DNA from: Candidatus Thalassospirochaeta sargassi
GTDB lineage: Bacteria; Spirochaetota; Spirochaetia; UBA9216
Reading direction: 5' to 3'
NCBI GenBank assembly: GCA_028532855.1
Contig: JAQQAL010000009.1
Location: forward strand, 43,106 to 107,105
DNA: 64,000 bases
Shown: piece by piece, positions 28,810-39,250 of the stretch
How positions within the stretch are numbered: the stretch's first letter is position 1
How the letters are laid out: every line of letters begins with the position of its first letter
Translations under genes and position numbers: made by a program
The notes under the pieces: generated by a model
What the model saw: the letters and a program-made list of their open reading frames with translations, nothing else
The model's database searches: none
Told to the model about the DNA's origin: nothing

Positions 28810-29166
28810 ATGGAAACGAAGACAAAAAAATATCTTAGTATCCTGAAGATTGAATTGGAAGATTTAATTGAGGATCTTGAATTCGGTGAAGCTGCTCTTG
28901 CCAGAAGGCTTAAAGAACATGAAATTACCGAATATGTATTTCTTGAAAATGTCGGGCTTCTGAAGAAAGAGATTCTCGGGATTGAAAGAGTAAAGATTAT
29001 GCTGAATGAATCTGATAAAAATATTCAGTCGATCGAAGAGCTCCGGAACCATGTTGAAGCATACTTTAAGGATGAAATCAGATCCGCCGGACTGCCTCAT
29101 GTTGTTTTCAATCTTATTTCAAGAAAACTGGATAAAGTCAGCCGTTATATGTCTCTTGAAGAATAG
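28810..29166 (+). CDS. Hypothetical helical protein
   Basis: 118-aa ORF with AGGAGG SD and TTGCTT-17-TATAAT promoter. Confidence 0.75.
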   Translation: METKTKKYLSILKIELEDLIEDLEFGEAALARRLKEHEITEYVFLENVGLLKKEILGIERVKIMLNESDKNIQSIEELRNHVEAYFKDEIRSAGLPHVVFNLISRKLDKVSRYMSLEE

Positions 29167-29240
29167 TCTGTAAGAATTTTGTAAATTCATCGGTAACTTT
29201 TTGATCCCATCAGTTTAATATTGTATAGTATATTTCTCTT

Positions 29241-30038
29241 ATGAAAAATAAAAAACTGTTCATTGAGCTTGCCCGGACTGCCGTTGCTGCAGGTGATGCG
29301 ATAATGGAAATTTATTCCGGTGAGTTCAATGTTGAACTGAAAGATGATAACTCTCCCCTTACGGCGGCCGACAAGGCGTCTCATAATATCATTGCTGATG
29401 CCCTGTCTGATGTTCTTTATATGAATGAATCCCTTCCTCTTTTATCGGAAGAGGGTGATATGCCGGCTTATGAGCTTCGGCAGAACTGGAATCGCTTCTG
29501 GCTGATAGATCCCCTGGACGGTACTAAAGAATTTATCAGTCGAAACGGAGAATTTACGGTTAACATTGCGTTAATTGAAACGGGACATCCTAAACTCGGT
29601 ATTGTTTACCTTCCTGTAAAACGTCTTCTTTATTTTGGAGGTGCGGGATACGGAACATTCAGAACTGCCGCAGATGACGTGGTGCTTGAGAATGTGCTGA
29701 AACTTCCGGTTGAGACCGGGCGCGATAGGACTATTCTGACCGCAGCAGGGAGCCGCTCTCACCGGAGTTCCGATTTTGACGGCTGGGTTGAGGCTGAGGC
29801 GGCGCGAAGGGGCTGCAGCAGTATTAAGATAATTACGGCCGGAAGCAGTCTTAAATTCTGTCTTGCAGCCGAAGGACTGGTGGATGTGTATCCGCGATTC
29901 GGACCCACAATGGAATGGGATACCGCAGCCGCCCATGCAGTGGTTGAGGGTGCCGGAAAACAATGCTGCTGTGCAGACGGCAGCCGGATGCTTTATAATA
30001 AGCCCGACATGAGAAACGGGCATTTTATCGTAAAATAA
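29241..30038 (+). CDS. cysQ: 3'(2'),5'-bisphosphate nucleotidase CysQ
   Basis: KDDNSPLTAAD, LSEE, WLIDPLDGTKEF, GSSLKFC, MEWDTAAAHA. Confidence 0.95.
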   Translation: MKNKKLFIELARTAVAAGDAIMEIYSGEFNVELKDDNSPLTAADKASHNIIADALSDVLYMNESLPLLSEEGDMPAYELRQNWNRFWLIDPLDGTKEFISRNGEFTVNIALIETGHPKLGIVYLPVKRLLYFGGAGYGTFRTAADDVVLENVLKLPVETGRDRTILTAAGSRSHRSSDFDGWVEAEAARRGCSSIKIITAGSSLKFCLAAEGLVDVYPRFGPTMEWDTAAAHAVVEGAGKQCCCADGSRMLYNKPDMRNGHFIVK

Positions 30039-30062
30039 TTCAGACATTATGCGGAGGAAATC

Positions 30063-31010
30063 ATGGCGGTCAGCCGTAAACATTGCATCTTTTTAAGCTC
30101 AACCGGACGTACGGGGACTAAGTTTTTCGGTGAGACAATGTCTAGGATGATTGAAGACTGTGTTTCGGTTCATGAGCCGGATACTACAAGGGTCTCAATG
30201 CCCGGTGACTGGATACGGAAGATGGCTAAGTTCGGTGTGCCGAAGATGCTGTGGGGACAGTACCGCGAGTGTTACAGTTTCGGAAAGCTGTCCACAACCC
30301 GGCATCGGGGAATAACCGGTGATGATAAAGTCAGACAATATATAATAGACAACCGTCTTGATTACATCGAGGGTTTTCGTAAGGGGCTGTATATTGAATC
30401 CAACCATATCGTATACGGTGTTCTGGATCAAATCGTTGAACTGTTTCCGAACTCAAAGATAATCTGGGTGATGCGTGATCCCCGCACATGGGTTCGAAGC
30501 GCCATTAACTCGAACGCATACCATCTTTACAGCATGTGGGATTGGGATTCTATCAACCTCAGTGTAAGGGCGTTTAATTTTCCTGATGATCCCTCCGCAG
30601 GCAGATGGCGGAAGATGAGTAAATTTGAAAAATACTGCTGGTATTATACAAACATCAATAATCGTGCCTTTGAACTGATGGAAAAATGTCCGAATGTCAG
30701 GATTTTCCGTTATGAGGATCTCTTTAATAAGGATAAACGTGAACAGTATTTTACGCAGATGCTGGACTATGCTACCGGGTTTGACGACGGCTTCAAACGA
30801 GATTATACCTTCAAACCGGAACTGCTTGACATCAAGATTCATGCCGCTGCCAGCAAGCGGCTGCTTCCTAAATGGCAGAAATGGAACTCAGGTATGGCCG
30901 ATGCCATGAATTTTCACTGCGGTGAGATTATGAAGCGCTTCGGCTACGGTGATGAAGCCGAGTGGCTGGAAAAGCTCAGCAATACTGATTCAATCAAATA
31001 CAGAGCGTAA
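30063..31010 (+). CDS. Sulfotransferase family protein
   Basis: 5'-PSB loop STGRTGT, 3'-PB VMRDPRTWVRS, FRYEDL. Confidence 0.8.
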   Translation: MAVSRKHCIFLSSTGRTGTKFFGETMSRMIEDCVSVHEPDTTRVSMPGDWIRKMAKFGVPKMLWGQYRECYSFGKLSTTRHRGITGDDKVRQYIIDNRLDYIEGFRKGLYIESNHIVYGVLDQIVELFPNSKIIWVMRDPRTWVRSAINSNAYHLYSMWDWDSINLSVRAFNFPDDPSAGRWRKMSKFEKYCWYYTNINNRAFELMEKCPNVRIFRYEDLFNKDKREQYFTQMLDYATGFDDGFKRDYTFKPELLDIKIHAAASKRLLPKWQKWNSGMADAMNFHCGEIMKRFGYGDEAEWLEKLSNTDSIKYRA

Positions 31011-32757
31011 ATTCCGATCCTTCTCCCGGAGTACTTTTCAGATTTATAGACCCGTTGTGAGTGAGGGCAATGTGTTTAACGATTGAAAGCCCGAGTCCTG
31101 TCCCGCCGGATTCTCTGCTGCGCGCTTTGTCGACCCTGTAAAACCGCTCGAATATCCTTTCCTGCTGCCCGGCTGTTATTCCGCACCCCTGATCCCTGAC
31201 TGTCAGACAGGTTTTACCATTTTCACCGGGTTTTACCCTTACAAAAATTTCAGTGCCTTTTCCGCTGTATTTTACTGCGTTGTCCACCAGATTTATTACC
31301 GCCTGTTCTGCAAGCAGCGGGTAAACGTTCATCATTATGTTTTCATCGCATTCGATGTTGATCTTGATGTCTTTATCCTCAGCATTCGGTTCGCAGCTTG
31401 TCACAGCGCTTGTTATCAGATCTATTGCAGGGATGTCTTCAAGGGCAAGGCTGTCAGAATCATTCTTTTCTATTCCGGATAGAAATAAAAGATCATTTAT
31501 AATTGCTTCAACCCTAAGCGAATGTCTTTCAATAATCTGAAGAAATTCATCTGTTTTAGCAGGGTCTCTCTCCGGGCTGTCTAAAAGGGTTTCAACATAG
31601 CCTTTAATCATCGTTACCGGGGTTTTAAGCTCATGTGAAACGTTTGCTACAAAGTCTTTCCGCATTTCTTCAAGCTTCCTGGTTTTTGTGATGTCGTGCA
31701 TTACAAGCAGCAGTGCAATTACATTATCGCCGCTGTTGTCGAAGAGAACCGTTCCGTGTATTTCCAGGTGAAAAGTCTTTGGCAGATCCAGGTTAATGAT
31801 CGTTTCCTTTGATAATCTCTCCCTGACCAGCATTTCCGCAAAGCTATTTAATTCGGAGTTCATGAAAACCTCAAGGATACTCTTTCCCTTATGGTTTTCT
31901 TCCTGAATATTGAACAGCTTTTCGGCGGCCCCGTTGATTCTGAGAAGATGAAGATCTTTGTCAGTGTAAAGAACGGGCTCAGTCATATTGTCGAGAATCA
32001 GCTGAAGTTCGTTTTTCTGTTCTTCAATCATCTCAATGCGTTCTTTCAGCTGGTCTCCCATTTCATTGAGGTCGTCGGCGAGTTCGGCAATCTCCTCGGG
32101 GTGTGAAATCATCAACTGTTCACTGAAATCACCGGAGGCGTAGAAGCGGGAAGTTACCTTGATTTTCTTTATCAGCAGGCTGACATGTCCTGCCACCAGA
32201 AAGCTTACCCATGCAGCGAGGGCGAGGGCTATAAAGCCTGCCAGCAGGGTATTTCTTGTGATGCGGCTTATTCTTTCTTCAATATCAGCAAGTGAACGGG
32301 CAAGTCTGATTGTTCCCTTGCTGCTGTCCCTGAAGTCAACTCTCACGGCAGCATACATCATTTCATTGGCCATAGTTGCCGAGTTTCTTACCGAGGTGCC
32401 GATACCGTCTCTCATGGCTGAAACGACCTCAGGCCTGTCCGCGTGATTGTTCATTTCGGTAATAATGTTGTGTGAGTCGGATAATACGAGACCGGAATCA
32501 TCAATGATTGTCACTCTTAATCTTGTCGAGTCAGCCGCATGGTCGGCAAAGGACTCAAGTTCCGAGGAATCTTCCGAATTGTAAGCGGGAAAAAGGTTTT
32601 TTATCAACGAACAGCTTTCTATGAGATAAATCTCGGTTTCGCTGTAGAAAAAATCCTTGAATCCCTGAATGTTGAATATCGTAATGGGTGCAATTGCAAT
32701 GACAACCATCGTAATAAGTATGATAAAAGTTCCGCCGAACAGTGGTCTGGTTTTCAT
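30994..32757 (-). CDS. phoR: Phosphate regulon sensor kinase PhoR (Cache/HAMP/PAS/HisKA/HATPase)
   Basis: NHADRPEV, DFVANVSHELKTP, NLVDNAVKY, DQGCGI, FERFYRVDKARSRESGGTGLGLSIVKH. Confidence 0.93.
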   Translation of the reverse strand: MKTRPLFGGTFIILITMVVIAIAPITIFNIQGFKDFFYSETEIYLIESCSLIKNLFPAYNSEDSSELESFADHAADSTRLRVTIIDDSGLVLSDSHNIITEMNNHADRPEVVSAMRDGIGTSVRNSATMANEMMYAAVRVDFRDSSKGTIRLARSLADIEERISRITRNTLLAGFIALALAAWVSFLVAGHVSLLIKKIKVTSRFYASGDFSEQLMISHPEEIAELADDLNEMGDQLKERIEMIEEQKNELQLILDNMTEPVLYTDKDLHLLRINGAAEKLFNIQEENHKGKSILEVFMNSELNSFAEMLVRERLSKETIINLDLPKTFHLEIHGTVLFDNSGDNVIALLLVMHDITKTRKLEEMRKDFVANVSHELKTPVTMIKGYVETLLDSPERDPAKTDEFLQIIERHSLRVEAIINDLLFLSGIEKNDSDSLALEDIPAIDLITSAVTSCEPNAEDKDIKINIECDENIMMNVYPLLAEQAVINLVDNAVKYSGKGTEIFVRVKPGENGKTCLTVRDQGCGITAGQQERIFERFYRVDKARSRESGGTGLGLSIVKHIALTHNGSINLKSTPGEGSEFTLCI

Positions 32758-33437
32758 TTAATCCGATACCCCACCCCGCGTACTGTTTCGATATATCTGC
32801 CCTGACTTCCGAGTTTTTTCCTGATTCCGAGAATCTGAACATCTACTGAACGCTCGGTTACCGGGTAATTCTGTCCGCGTACAGCGTCAATAATCTGGTT
32901 TCTGGAAAACACCCAGCCCGGATTGGTTGCCAGGTGGCTCAGAATTGCAAATTCTGTTGCTGAGAGGTTTATATTCTCACCCTCCACCAGCACTTCATGT
33001 TTCTTTGCATCAATCTGAATTTCGTGTACGGTTAAGACTGTCGATTCAGCTTCATTGGCATCTGTATTCCTTCTGAGCACTGCTCTGAGTCTGGCAATCA
33101 AAACCCGCGGACTGAAGGGTTTTGTAATATAGTCTTCAGCTCCCAGTTCGAGTCCGGAAATGATGTCGGAGTCTTCCGATTTAGCCGTCAGCATTATAAT
33201 CGGAATGTCTTTTGTCGCATCTTCTCTCTTGAGTTTTCGACAGACCTCCAGGCCGTCAATATCCGGAAGCATGATATCAAGAAGTATCAAATCCGGGACA
33301 TTCTTCTGTACCTTTTCAATGCCCTCGTTTCCTGAGGATGCCTTTATTATGTCGTACCCTTCGCTTTCAAGGTTGTATGAAATCAGCTCTCTGATGTCAT
33401 GTTCATCCTCTATTACCAGAATTTTTTCACCGGGCAT
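32754..33437 (-). CDS. phoB: Phosphate regulon response regulator PhoB/PhoP
   Basis: OmpR-type: LLDIMLP, KPFS, RSVDVQI, ETVRGVGY; in the pst-phoU operon. Confidence 0.9.
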   Translation of the reverse strand: MPGEKILVIEDEHDIRELISYNLESEGYDIIKASSGNEGIEKVQKNVPDLILLDIMLPDIDGLEVCRKLKREDATKDIPIIMLTAKSEDSDIISGLELGAEDYITKPFSPRVLIARLRAVLRRNTDANEAESTVLTVHEIQIDAKKHEVLVEGENINLSATEFAILSHLATNPGWVFSRNQIIDAVRGQNYPVTERSVDVQILGIRKKLGSQGRYIETVRGVGYRIK

Positions 33438-33450
33438 TAGTATTCTCCTC

Positions 33451-34113
33451 CTATAGCTCTGGGTGTTTGCCTGTTTTTGAGTAAATTACCCATTCGCAGA
33501 CGTTTGTGATGTGATCACCAAGGCGTTCTAGATAGCGTGCAAGAAACATCAGATTTGCAGCCTGTTCGATCTCCGCCTCGCTGTCTTTGTTCATATATTT
33601 AAGCATCTTCTTGATGAGTTTTTTGTGAAGCTTATCAAGAACATCATCCCTTGAAGCAACTTCCCTTGCCAGTTCTTCATCAGAGTTTACAAAGGCTGTC
33701 AGAGCGTCTTTCAGCATCTGCCGGGCCATGTCTGCTGCTTCCGGGATCTGCTGGAGCGGGGTTATGTAGGTTTCGCCTGCAAGACGTTTTGCCCCTTTTG
33801 CAATATGGACGGCGTAATCACCGGCACGCTCAAGATCCGAAATTATTCTGATAGCGCCGGTCAGGTGGCGCAAATCAGTTGCTACCGGCTGTTCGGTAGC
33901 CAGGAGGATTGAAACCTTGTCGAAGAGTTCCAGTTCAAACTCGTTAATCCTGTCGTCTTCCTTTATTACCTCCTCAGCAAGTTCGATGTTCTGATCTCTC
34001 AGTGCCGCTACCGCCTTTTTCATTGCTTCCTCAACATAAATACCCATTTTGAGTATCTGTTCGTTGAGCTCTTTCATCATATTTGAAAAATGTATTCTTG
34101 ATTTAGTCTGCAT
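33451..34113 (-). CDS. phoU: Phosphate signalling protein PhoU
   Basis: QPVATDLR, DLERAGDYA, YLERLGDHITN. Confidence 0.95.
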   Translation of the reverse strand: MQTKSRIHFSNMMKELNEQILKMGIYVEEAMKKAVAALRDQNIELAEEVIKEDDRINEFELELFDKVSILLATEQPVATDLRHLTGAIRIISDLERAGDYAVHIAKGAKRLAGETYITPLQQIPEAADMARQMLKDALTAFVNSDEELAREVASRDDVLDKLHKKLIKKMLKYMNKDSEAEIEQAANLMFLARYLERLGDHITNVCEWVIYSKTGKHPEL

Positions 34114-34132
34114 ATTCTACTCCGTTTTTTTA

Positions 34133-34888
34133 TCAACCGAACCGGCCGGATATGTAATCTTCCGTCTTCTTGCTTGAGGGATTGAAGAAGATGGTTTCTG
34201 TCTGTCCCATTTCTTCAAGGTACCCGTGAAGGAAAAAGGCTGTTGAATCAGATATTCGTCCCGCCTGCTGCATGTTATGCGTTACAATTATTATTGTATA
34301 GTCTTTTTTCAATTCATCAATTAGATCTTCTATTCTCGATGTGGAAACCGGATCAAGTGCCGAAGTAGGTTCATCCATCAGAATTACATCAGGTTCAACT
34401 GCCAGAACCCTTGCTATGCAGAGTCTCTGCTGCTGCCCGCCTGAAAGTCCCAGGGCGGGTTTGTTCAATCTGTCTTTAACCTCATCCCAGATTGCTGCCT
34501 GAAAAAGACTTTTCTCGACAATCTGATCTAGAACCTTGCGGTTTTTAATACCGTGAATTCGGGGTCCATAGGCAATATTGTCGTAAATTGACATAGCAAA
34601 GGGGTTGGGAGCCTGAAAAACCATACCAACCTTTTTCCGCAGTTGGATTATATCATATTTACCATAGATGTCTTCACCGTCATAAAGGATGGTACCGTGA
34701 ACCTTTGAGCCTTCAACAAGATCGTTCATTCTGTTGAGGGTTTTCAGAAAGGTCGATTTTCCGCAGCCTGAAGGGCCTATAAGGGCTGTTACCTTGTTCT
34801 TCTCTACCTCCATTGAAACATTGTGCAGCGCTTTGAAATCGCCGTAATAAAAATCAAGATCCTTAACTGAAAGCTTGCTGTTATTCAT
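34133..34888 (-). CDS. pstB: Phosphate ABC transporter ATPase PstB
   Basis: [41 protein letters not shown]. Confidence 0.97.
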   Translation of the reverse strand: MNNSKLSVKDLDFYYGDFKALHNVSMEVEKNKVTALIGPSGCGKSTFLKTLNRMNDLVEGSKVHGTILYDGEDIYGKYDIIQLRKKVGMVFQAPNPFAMSIYDNIAYGPRIHGIKNRKVLDQIVEKSLFQAAIWDEVKDRLNKPALGLSGGQQQRLCIARVLAVEPDVILMDEPTSALDPVSTSRIEDLIDELKKDYTIIIVTHNMQQAGRISDSTAFFLHGYLEEMGQTETIFFNPSSKKTEDYISGRFG

Positions 34889-34900
34889 TCTTTTCTCCGT

Positions 34901-36550
34901 TTAATATTTTCTGACTACAAGTTTTGTAGAAAGCACGTTAACAGCAAGAACAATTACAATCAGAATTGTTGCTGTAGCGAATGCTCTGTCGAATGATATT
35001 CCTTCTTTAACCAGCTGATAGAGGTGGGTTGAAAGAACACGGGCCGAGGTGTTCAGGTTTTCTACCCTTCGGTAATCGAATCCCATGGTAAAAAGCAGGG
35101 CTGCAGTTTCGCCTACCGCCCGGCCGACGGCCAGGATTACCCCTGTAAGAATACCGGGAGCGGCAGCCGGTATGACAACCTTGTAGATTGTCTGCCACTT
35201 ACCTGCGCCCAATGCCAGACTTCCTGCCCTGAATGATCGGGGAACGGCCTTAATTGCCTCCTCGGAAGTCCGTACTATAGTGGGCAGAATCATCAGCGTC
35301 AGCGTCAGTGTACCTGATAAAAGCCCAATGCCCAGATTCATATAATCTACGAAAACTATGAACCCGAACAGTCCGAATATAATCGAGGGAATGCCCGCCA
35401 GGGTCTCGGTCCCCAGTCTGATTATTTTCACCAGTCTGCCCTGTTTTGCATATTCGGTTAAATAAACCGCAGCGCCGATCCCGATGGGGGTAGAAAACAG
35501 GACTGTAAGCAGAACCATATAGATGGTGTTTATAATAATTGAAGAAACTCCTCCGACACGTCCGGCTCTTTTCGGTTCTTCAAACAGAAACCACATTTGA
35601 ATGTTTCTGCCTGTTTTACGGTACTGGTACTTCAGGGTTTTCATATCATTTGCCTCTGCCGCAGTTATCTGAATAATCCCGATGCCTCCGTCAAGCTTAT
35701 TGATCTGTTCAATATATTCTGCCGGATTACCCGTAGAGATTCCGGTATCAGGCAGCTCATCCTCGCTGATTCCGGCCAGTTCAAGGTATGCATTGTATTC
35801 GTAGCTGCCCGCGGGAGGGATAACAAGGGTGATTGGAAGGTCTATTCCTCCGATTTCCTGCCAGTTTGAAATGTTCCCCCGCAGAATATCTTTGAGCATG
35901 TCACCGTCAATGAATCTCATCTTTTTGTTATCTTTAATTTCTAAAACCGTCGGACTGACCCCGATTCCCAGCGACCATACCGGTATTACATTAAGTTTAT
36001 AGCCGTCAATCTTATCCGCATCCGCTGCCGGGATAATACCGAATGCCCCCACCTGGTTTTCAACAGCTGCAGCTATGGATTCGACATCATTCTTAATAAT
36101 TGTCTTTTTTCCAAAATTGCCCTCAGCTGTATCCAGAACATAAGGTATAACATCCAAATCCTGCTCGTTGATATTTCCCCAATTGGAAGGTTTGCCCTTA
36201 AGCAGTGATTCAAGATTATCTCCGTTGATTTCCTTCAGTCTGACATCGCTGTTTACTATCATTATTGTATCATCAGACTGCCAGGGCAGGGGGCTTTCTA
36301 TGGTTCCGTAATTAATATAGTCGGTTTCGAGGATGTTATCGGATCTGAATCCCTTGTAGATAATAAAGCCCAGAATGTATACAAGAATAGCCAGTGTCAA
36401 AGCTGCTGCGGACCAGAGGGTGATTGTCGCCAGAGTGTTCGCCCTTTTGGACTTCCTGTAGTGAGTATCAGCCTTTCTTTGTTCCGAATTAACAAGAGCC
36501 TCTATGGAAATGTCGGTAACAGGTGTCTGTGTGTTCAAAAGAATGCTCAT
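34901..36550 (-). CDS. pstA: Phosphate ABC permease PstA with large extracytoplasmic PstS-like insertion
   Basis: C-terminal core GAAVYLTEYA, LAGIPSIIFGLFG, RAVGETAA; about 250-aa insertion after TM1. Confidence 0.92.
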   Translation of the reverse strand: MSILLNTQTPVTDISIEALVNSEQRKADTHYRKSKRANTLATITLWSAAALTLAILVYILGFIIYKGFRSDNILETDYINYGTIESPLPWQSDDTIMIVNSDVRLKEINGDNLESLLKGKPSNWGNINEQDLDVIPYVLDTAEGNFGKKTIIKNDVESIAAAVENQVGAFGIIPAADADKIDGYKLNVIPVWSLGIGVSPTVLEIKDNKKMRFIDGDMLKDILRGNISNWQEIGGIDLPITLVIPPAGSYEYNAYLELAGISEDELPDTGISTGNPAEYIEQINKLDGGIGIIQITAAEANDMKTLKYQYRKTGRNIQMWFLFEEPKRAGRVGGVSSIIINTIYMVLLTVLFSTPIGIGAAVYLTEYAKQGRLVKIIRLGTETLAGIPSIIFGLFGFIVFVDYMNLGIGLLSGTLTLTLMILPTIVRTSEEAIKAVPRSFRAGSLALGAGKWQTIYKVVIPAAAPGILTGVILAVGRAVGETAALLFTMGFDYRRVENLNTSARVLSTHLYQLVKEGISFDRAFATATILIVIVLAVNVLSTKLVVRKY

Positions 36551-37461
36551 GCTATTTCCTCCGGATTACCCTTTATGATGTTTACGCTGAGGTTTAGAAT
36601 CAGAATGAACAGGAATAACACTATGCTTGTTGTGAACAAAGCCGTTCTGTGGTCCCCTGATGCGTAACCCATATCGGTTACGATATTCATGGTTAGTGTC
36701 CTGACTTTTGACAGCGGGCCTGTAGGCATGATTGGGGCATTCCCTGCAACCATAAGAACCGCCATGGTTTCTCCGAGCGCCCGTCCCATGGCGAGAACTA
36801 CCCCTGCGATTATTCCTGATTTGGCTGCGGGCAGCTGTACTTTGAAGATTGTCTGCCACCTTGTCCCGCCTAATGCAAGCGAGCCTTCTTTTATGCTTTT
36901 CGGGAGTGATGTTATCGTAACCTCGGTAATATTGATTATTGTAGGCAGAACCATGATGGCCAGGATAATGGCCCCTGAAAGCACGCTGTATCCTGTGCCG
37001 CCGAAAGTTTCACGTATGAGTTTCGAAATTACTATCACACCGAAAAAGCCGTAGATTACCGAAGGAATTCCTGCGAGAAGCTGGACAACGCTGCGCATCA
37101 CTTCGACAGCTCTTTTATCGGCTATCTCGGCCATGAAGACAGCTGTCATAATACCGATAGGTACGGCAAGCAGCAGTGCTCCGAGGGTGATATATATGGA
37201 ACCGACTATAAAGGGAAGAATTCCATATCTGGGATTTTCTTCGTTGCTGGGAGCCCAGTCCGTACCGAATAAAAAATCGCCTACGCTGACTGCTTTGAAG
37301 AGTGGCAGACCTTCTCCGAAGATGAAAACGGAGATGAAGAGAACACTTATGACTGACACGAGGGCGCAGATAAGTAGAACTATTTCTACCGATTTTTCCT
37401 TTCGGGCCCGGTTTTTTATCGCTTTCTCCATGACCCGTTTCTTTTTATCTGTATTTATCAA
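36547..37461 (-). CDS. pstC: Phosphate ABC permease PstC
   Basis: LAGIPSVIYGFFG, RALGETMAVLMVAGN; TTG start at 37461 after AAGGAG. Confidence 0.95.
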   Translation of the reverse strand: MINTDKKKRVMEKAIKNRARKEKSVEIVLLICALVSVISVLFISVFIFGEGLPLFKAVSVGDFLFGTDWAPSNEENPRYGILPFIVGSIYITLGALLLAVPIGIMTAVFMAEIADKRAVEVMRSVVQLLAGIPSVIYGFFGVIVISKLIRETFGGTGYSVLSGAIILAIMVLPTIINITEVTITSLPKSIKEGSLALGGTRWQTIFKVQLPAAKSGIIAGVVLAMGRALGETMAVLMVAGNAPIMPTGPLSKVRTLTMNIVTDMGYASGDHRTALFTTSIVLFLFILILNLSVNIIKGNPEEIA

Positions 37462-37513
37462 GTTTTTCTCCTTGTAAAATCGACTACACAATATTAGAAG
37501 GTGATTCTATGAA

Positions 37514-37541
37514 TGTTAGAAATGTGTTAGGTTTGTGTTAA
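37514..37541 (-). promoter_or_regulatory. Pho-box-like array upstream of pstC
   Basis: Minus strand TTAACA/CTAACA/CTAACA at 11-bp period; 18 of 19 nt identical to the element upstream of pstS. Confidence 0.8.
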
Positions 37542-37606
37542 ATACCCTTATTTATGAATTACTAAGAAAAGTCAGTCGGAAACTTGTAGAAACTGTCTTA
37601 TTTCGT

Positions 37607-37635
37607 TTGACACAAGGGCTTTCTATTTGGATAAT
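37607..37635 (+). promoter_or_regulatory. Sigma70 promoter of pyrG
   Basis: TTGACA-17-GATAAT, 8 nt before ATG. Confidence 0.6.
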
Positions 37636-37643
37636 ATATTCAC

Positions 37644-39248
37644 ATGAAGAAGTATGTTTTTGTCACAGGCGGAGTGTGTTCCAGTCTGGGTAAGGGCCTT
37701 GCGGCCGCCTCGATTGGAACCCTGCTCGAATGCCATGGTCTTCGTGTATGTATGGTTAAGATAGACCCCTATCTTAACGTTGATGCCGGCACAATGAGTC
37801 CCTATCAGCATGGAGAAGTCTATGTAACGGACGACGGTGCTGAAACCGATCTGGATCTTGGAAATTATTACAGGTTCACATCCTCTCCGGTCAGCCGCAA
37901 ACAGTCGATCACCACAGGCCAGGTTTATCAGGAAGTAATAAGAAAAGAGCGTGAGGGTCAGTACCTCGGGAAGACCGTTCAGGTAATTCCTCACATAACA
38001 GATGAAATTAAACGGCGGATTGTAGTTGCCGGAAATGATAATGACGCTGAGGTTACCGTGATTGAGATTGGCGGTACTGTTGGTGATATGGAATCGGTCC
38101 CCTTTCTGGAAGCCGCCAGGCAGTTCGGCCATGATGTCGGCAGGGATAATGTCGTTTTTGTTCACCTGACACTGGTCCCCATGGTCGCCGGTGAAGAGTT
38201 CAAGACCAAGCCGACTCAGCATTCAGCCAAAGCTCTCCGTGAGATTGGTATTCAGCCCGATGTACTTCTCTGCCGCTCCGCAAAACCTCTTGATGAAGAA
38301 ATGAAACGCAAGATTTCATTATTCACGAATGTTCACAGAGATGCGGTTATATCCGCTTATGATATTGATGGTACAATCTATGAAATACCTCTGGTTTACG
38401 GAAACCAGGGGTTTGATGAGATAGTTTTGAAAAAGCTCGAGCTTGATTATAAGGAAGCAGACAAGTCGCGATGGGAAAATGTCGTAGAGATATACAGTAA
38501 TCCGAAAGACACGGTTAAAATCGGTATGGTCGGTAAGTATATAAATCTAAATGATTCATACAAATCAATAAATGAAGCCCTTATTCACGGTGGAATTGCA
38601 AATCAGGTAACAGTTGAGATTGTCCGGATTGATTCGGAAGATCTTGAAAAAGCTGAAGATATTGGAGCTGTTCTCAGTCAGGTTGATGGAATTCTTATCC
38701 CCGGCGGATTCGGTAAAAGAGGAATAGAAGGAATGATTCTTGCAGCCGGATGGGCTCGAGAGAACAATCTTCCCACATTGGGAATATGCCTTGGTATGCA
38801 GATAATGACTATTGAATATGCGCGTAATGTAGCTGGCATGAAGGATGCTAACAGTACGGAGTTTGTTCCGGAATGTGAAGCCCCGGTAATCAGTCTGCTC
38901 GAAGAACAGACCGATGTTAAGGATTACGGCGGAACCATGAGGCTGGGCCTGAGTGAATCGCATCTTAAGGATGGTAGTCTTATTCGTGAATGTTACGGTG
39001 AGCCGCTTATTCATGAGCGCCACCGCCACCGCTACGAGGTTTCTGTTAAGTACCGAGAGATCCTTGAAGAGTCAGGACTTATTGTGGGAGGGACAACCCC
39101 CGGTAATCAGCTTGTTGAATCAGTACAGTGGCCTGATCACTGCTGGAGTACCGGTGTGCAGTTTCACCCGGAGTTCACTTCCAAGCCTACTGAGCCGCAT
39201 CCGCTTTTCGCGGGTTTTATCAAGGGCGCACTTGAGAATAAGGAATAA
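37644..39248 (+). CDS. pyrG: CTP synthase
   Basis: TGGVCSSLGKG, DPYLNVDAGTMSPYQHGE, GICLGMQ, ERHRHRYE, QFHPEF. Confidence 0.98.
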   Translation: MKKYVFVTGGVCSSLGKGLAAASIGTLLECHGLRVCMVKIDPYLNVDAGTMSPYQHGEVYVTDDGAETDLDLGNYYRFTSSPVSRKQSITTGQVYQEVIRKEREGQYLGKTVQVIPHITDEIKRRIVVAGNDNDAEVTVIEIGGTVGDMESVPFLEAARQFGHDVGRDNVVFVHLTLVPMVAGEEFKTKPTQHSAKALREIGIQPDVLLCRSAKPLDEEMKRKISLFTNVHRDAVISAYDIDGTIYEIPLVYGNQGFDEIVLKKLELDYKEADKSRWENVVEIYSNPKDTVKIGMVGKYINLNDSYKSINEALIHGGIANQVTVEIVRIDSEDLEKAEDIGAVLSQVDGILIPGGFGKRGIEGMILAAGWARENNLPTLGICLGMQIMTIEYARNVAGMKDANSTEFVPECEAPVISLLEEQTDVKDYGGTMRLGLSESHLKDGSLIRECYGEPLIHERHRHRYEVSVKYREILEESGLIVGGTTPGNQLVESVQWPDHCWSTGVQFHPEFTSKPTEPHPLFAGFIKGALENKE

Positions 39249-39250
39249 AT

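Noticed and set aside
29169-29197. TTACA-like repeats (minus strand) upstream of cysQ as another Pho box
   Set aside because: Spacing is 11 then 12 and the orientation is opposite to cysQ.
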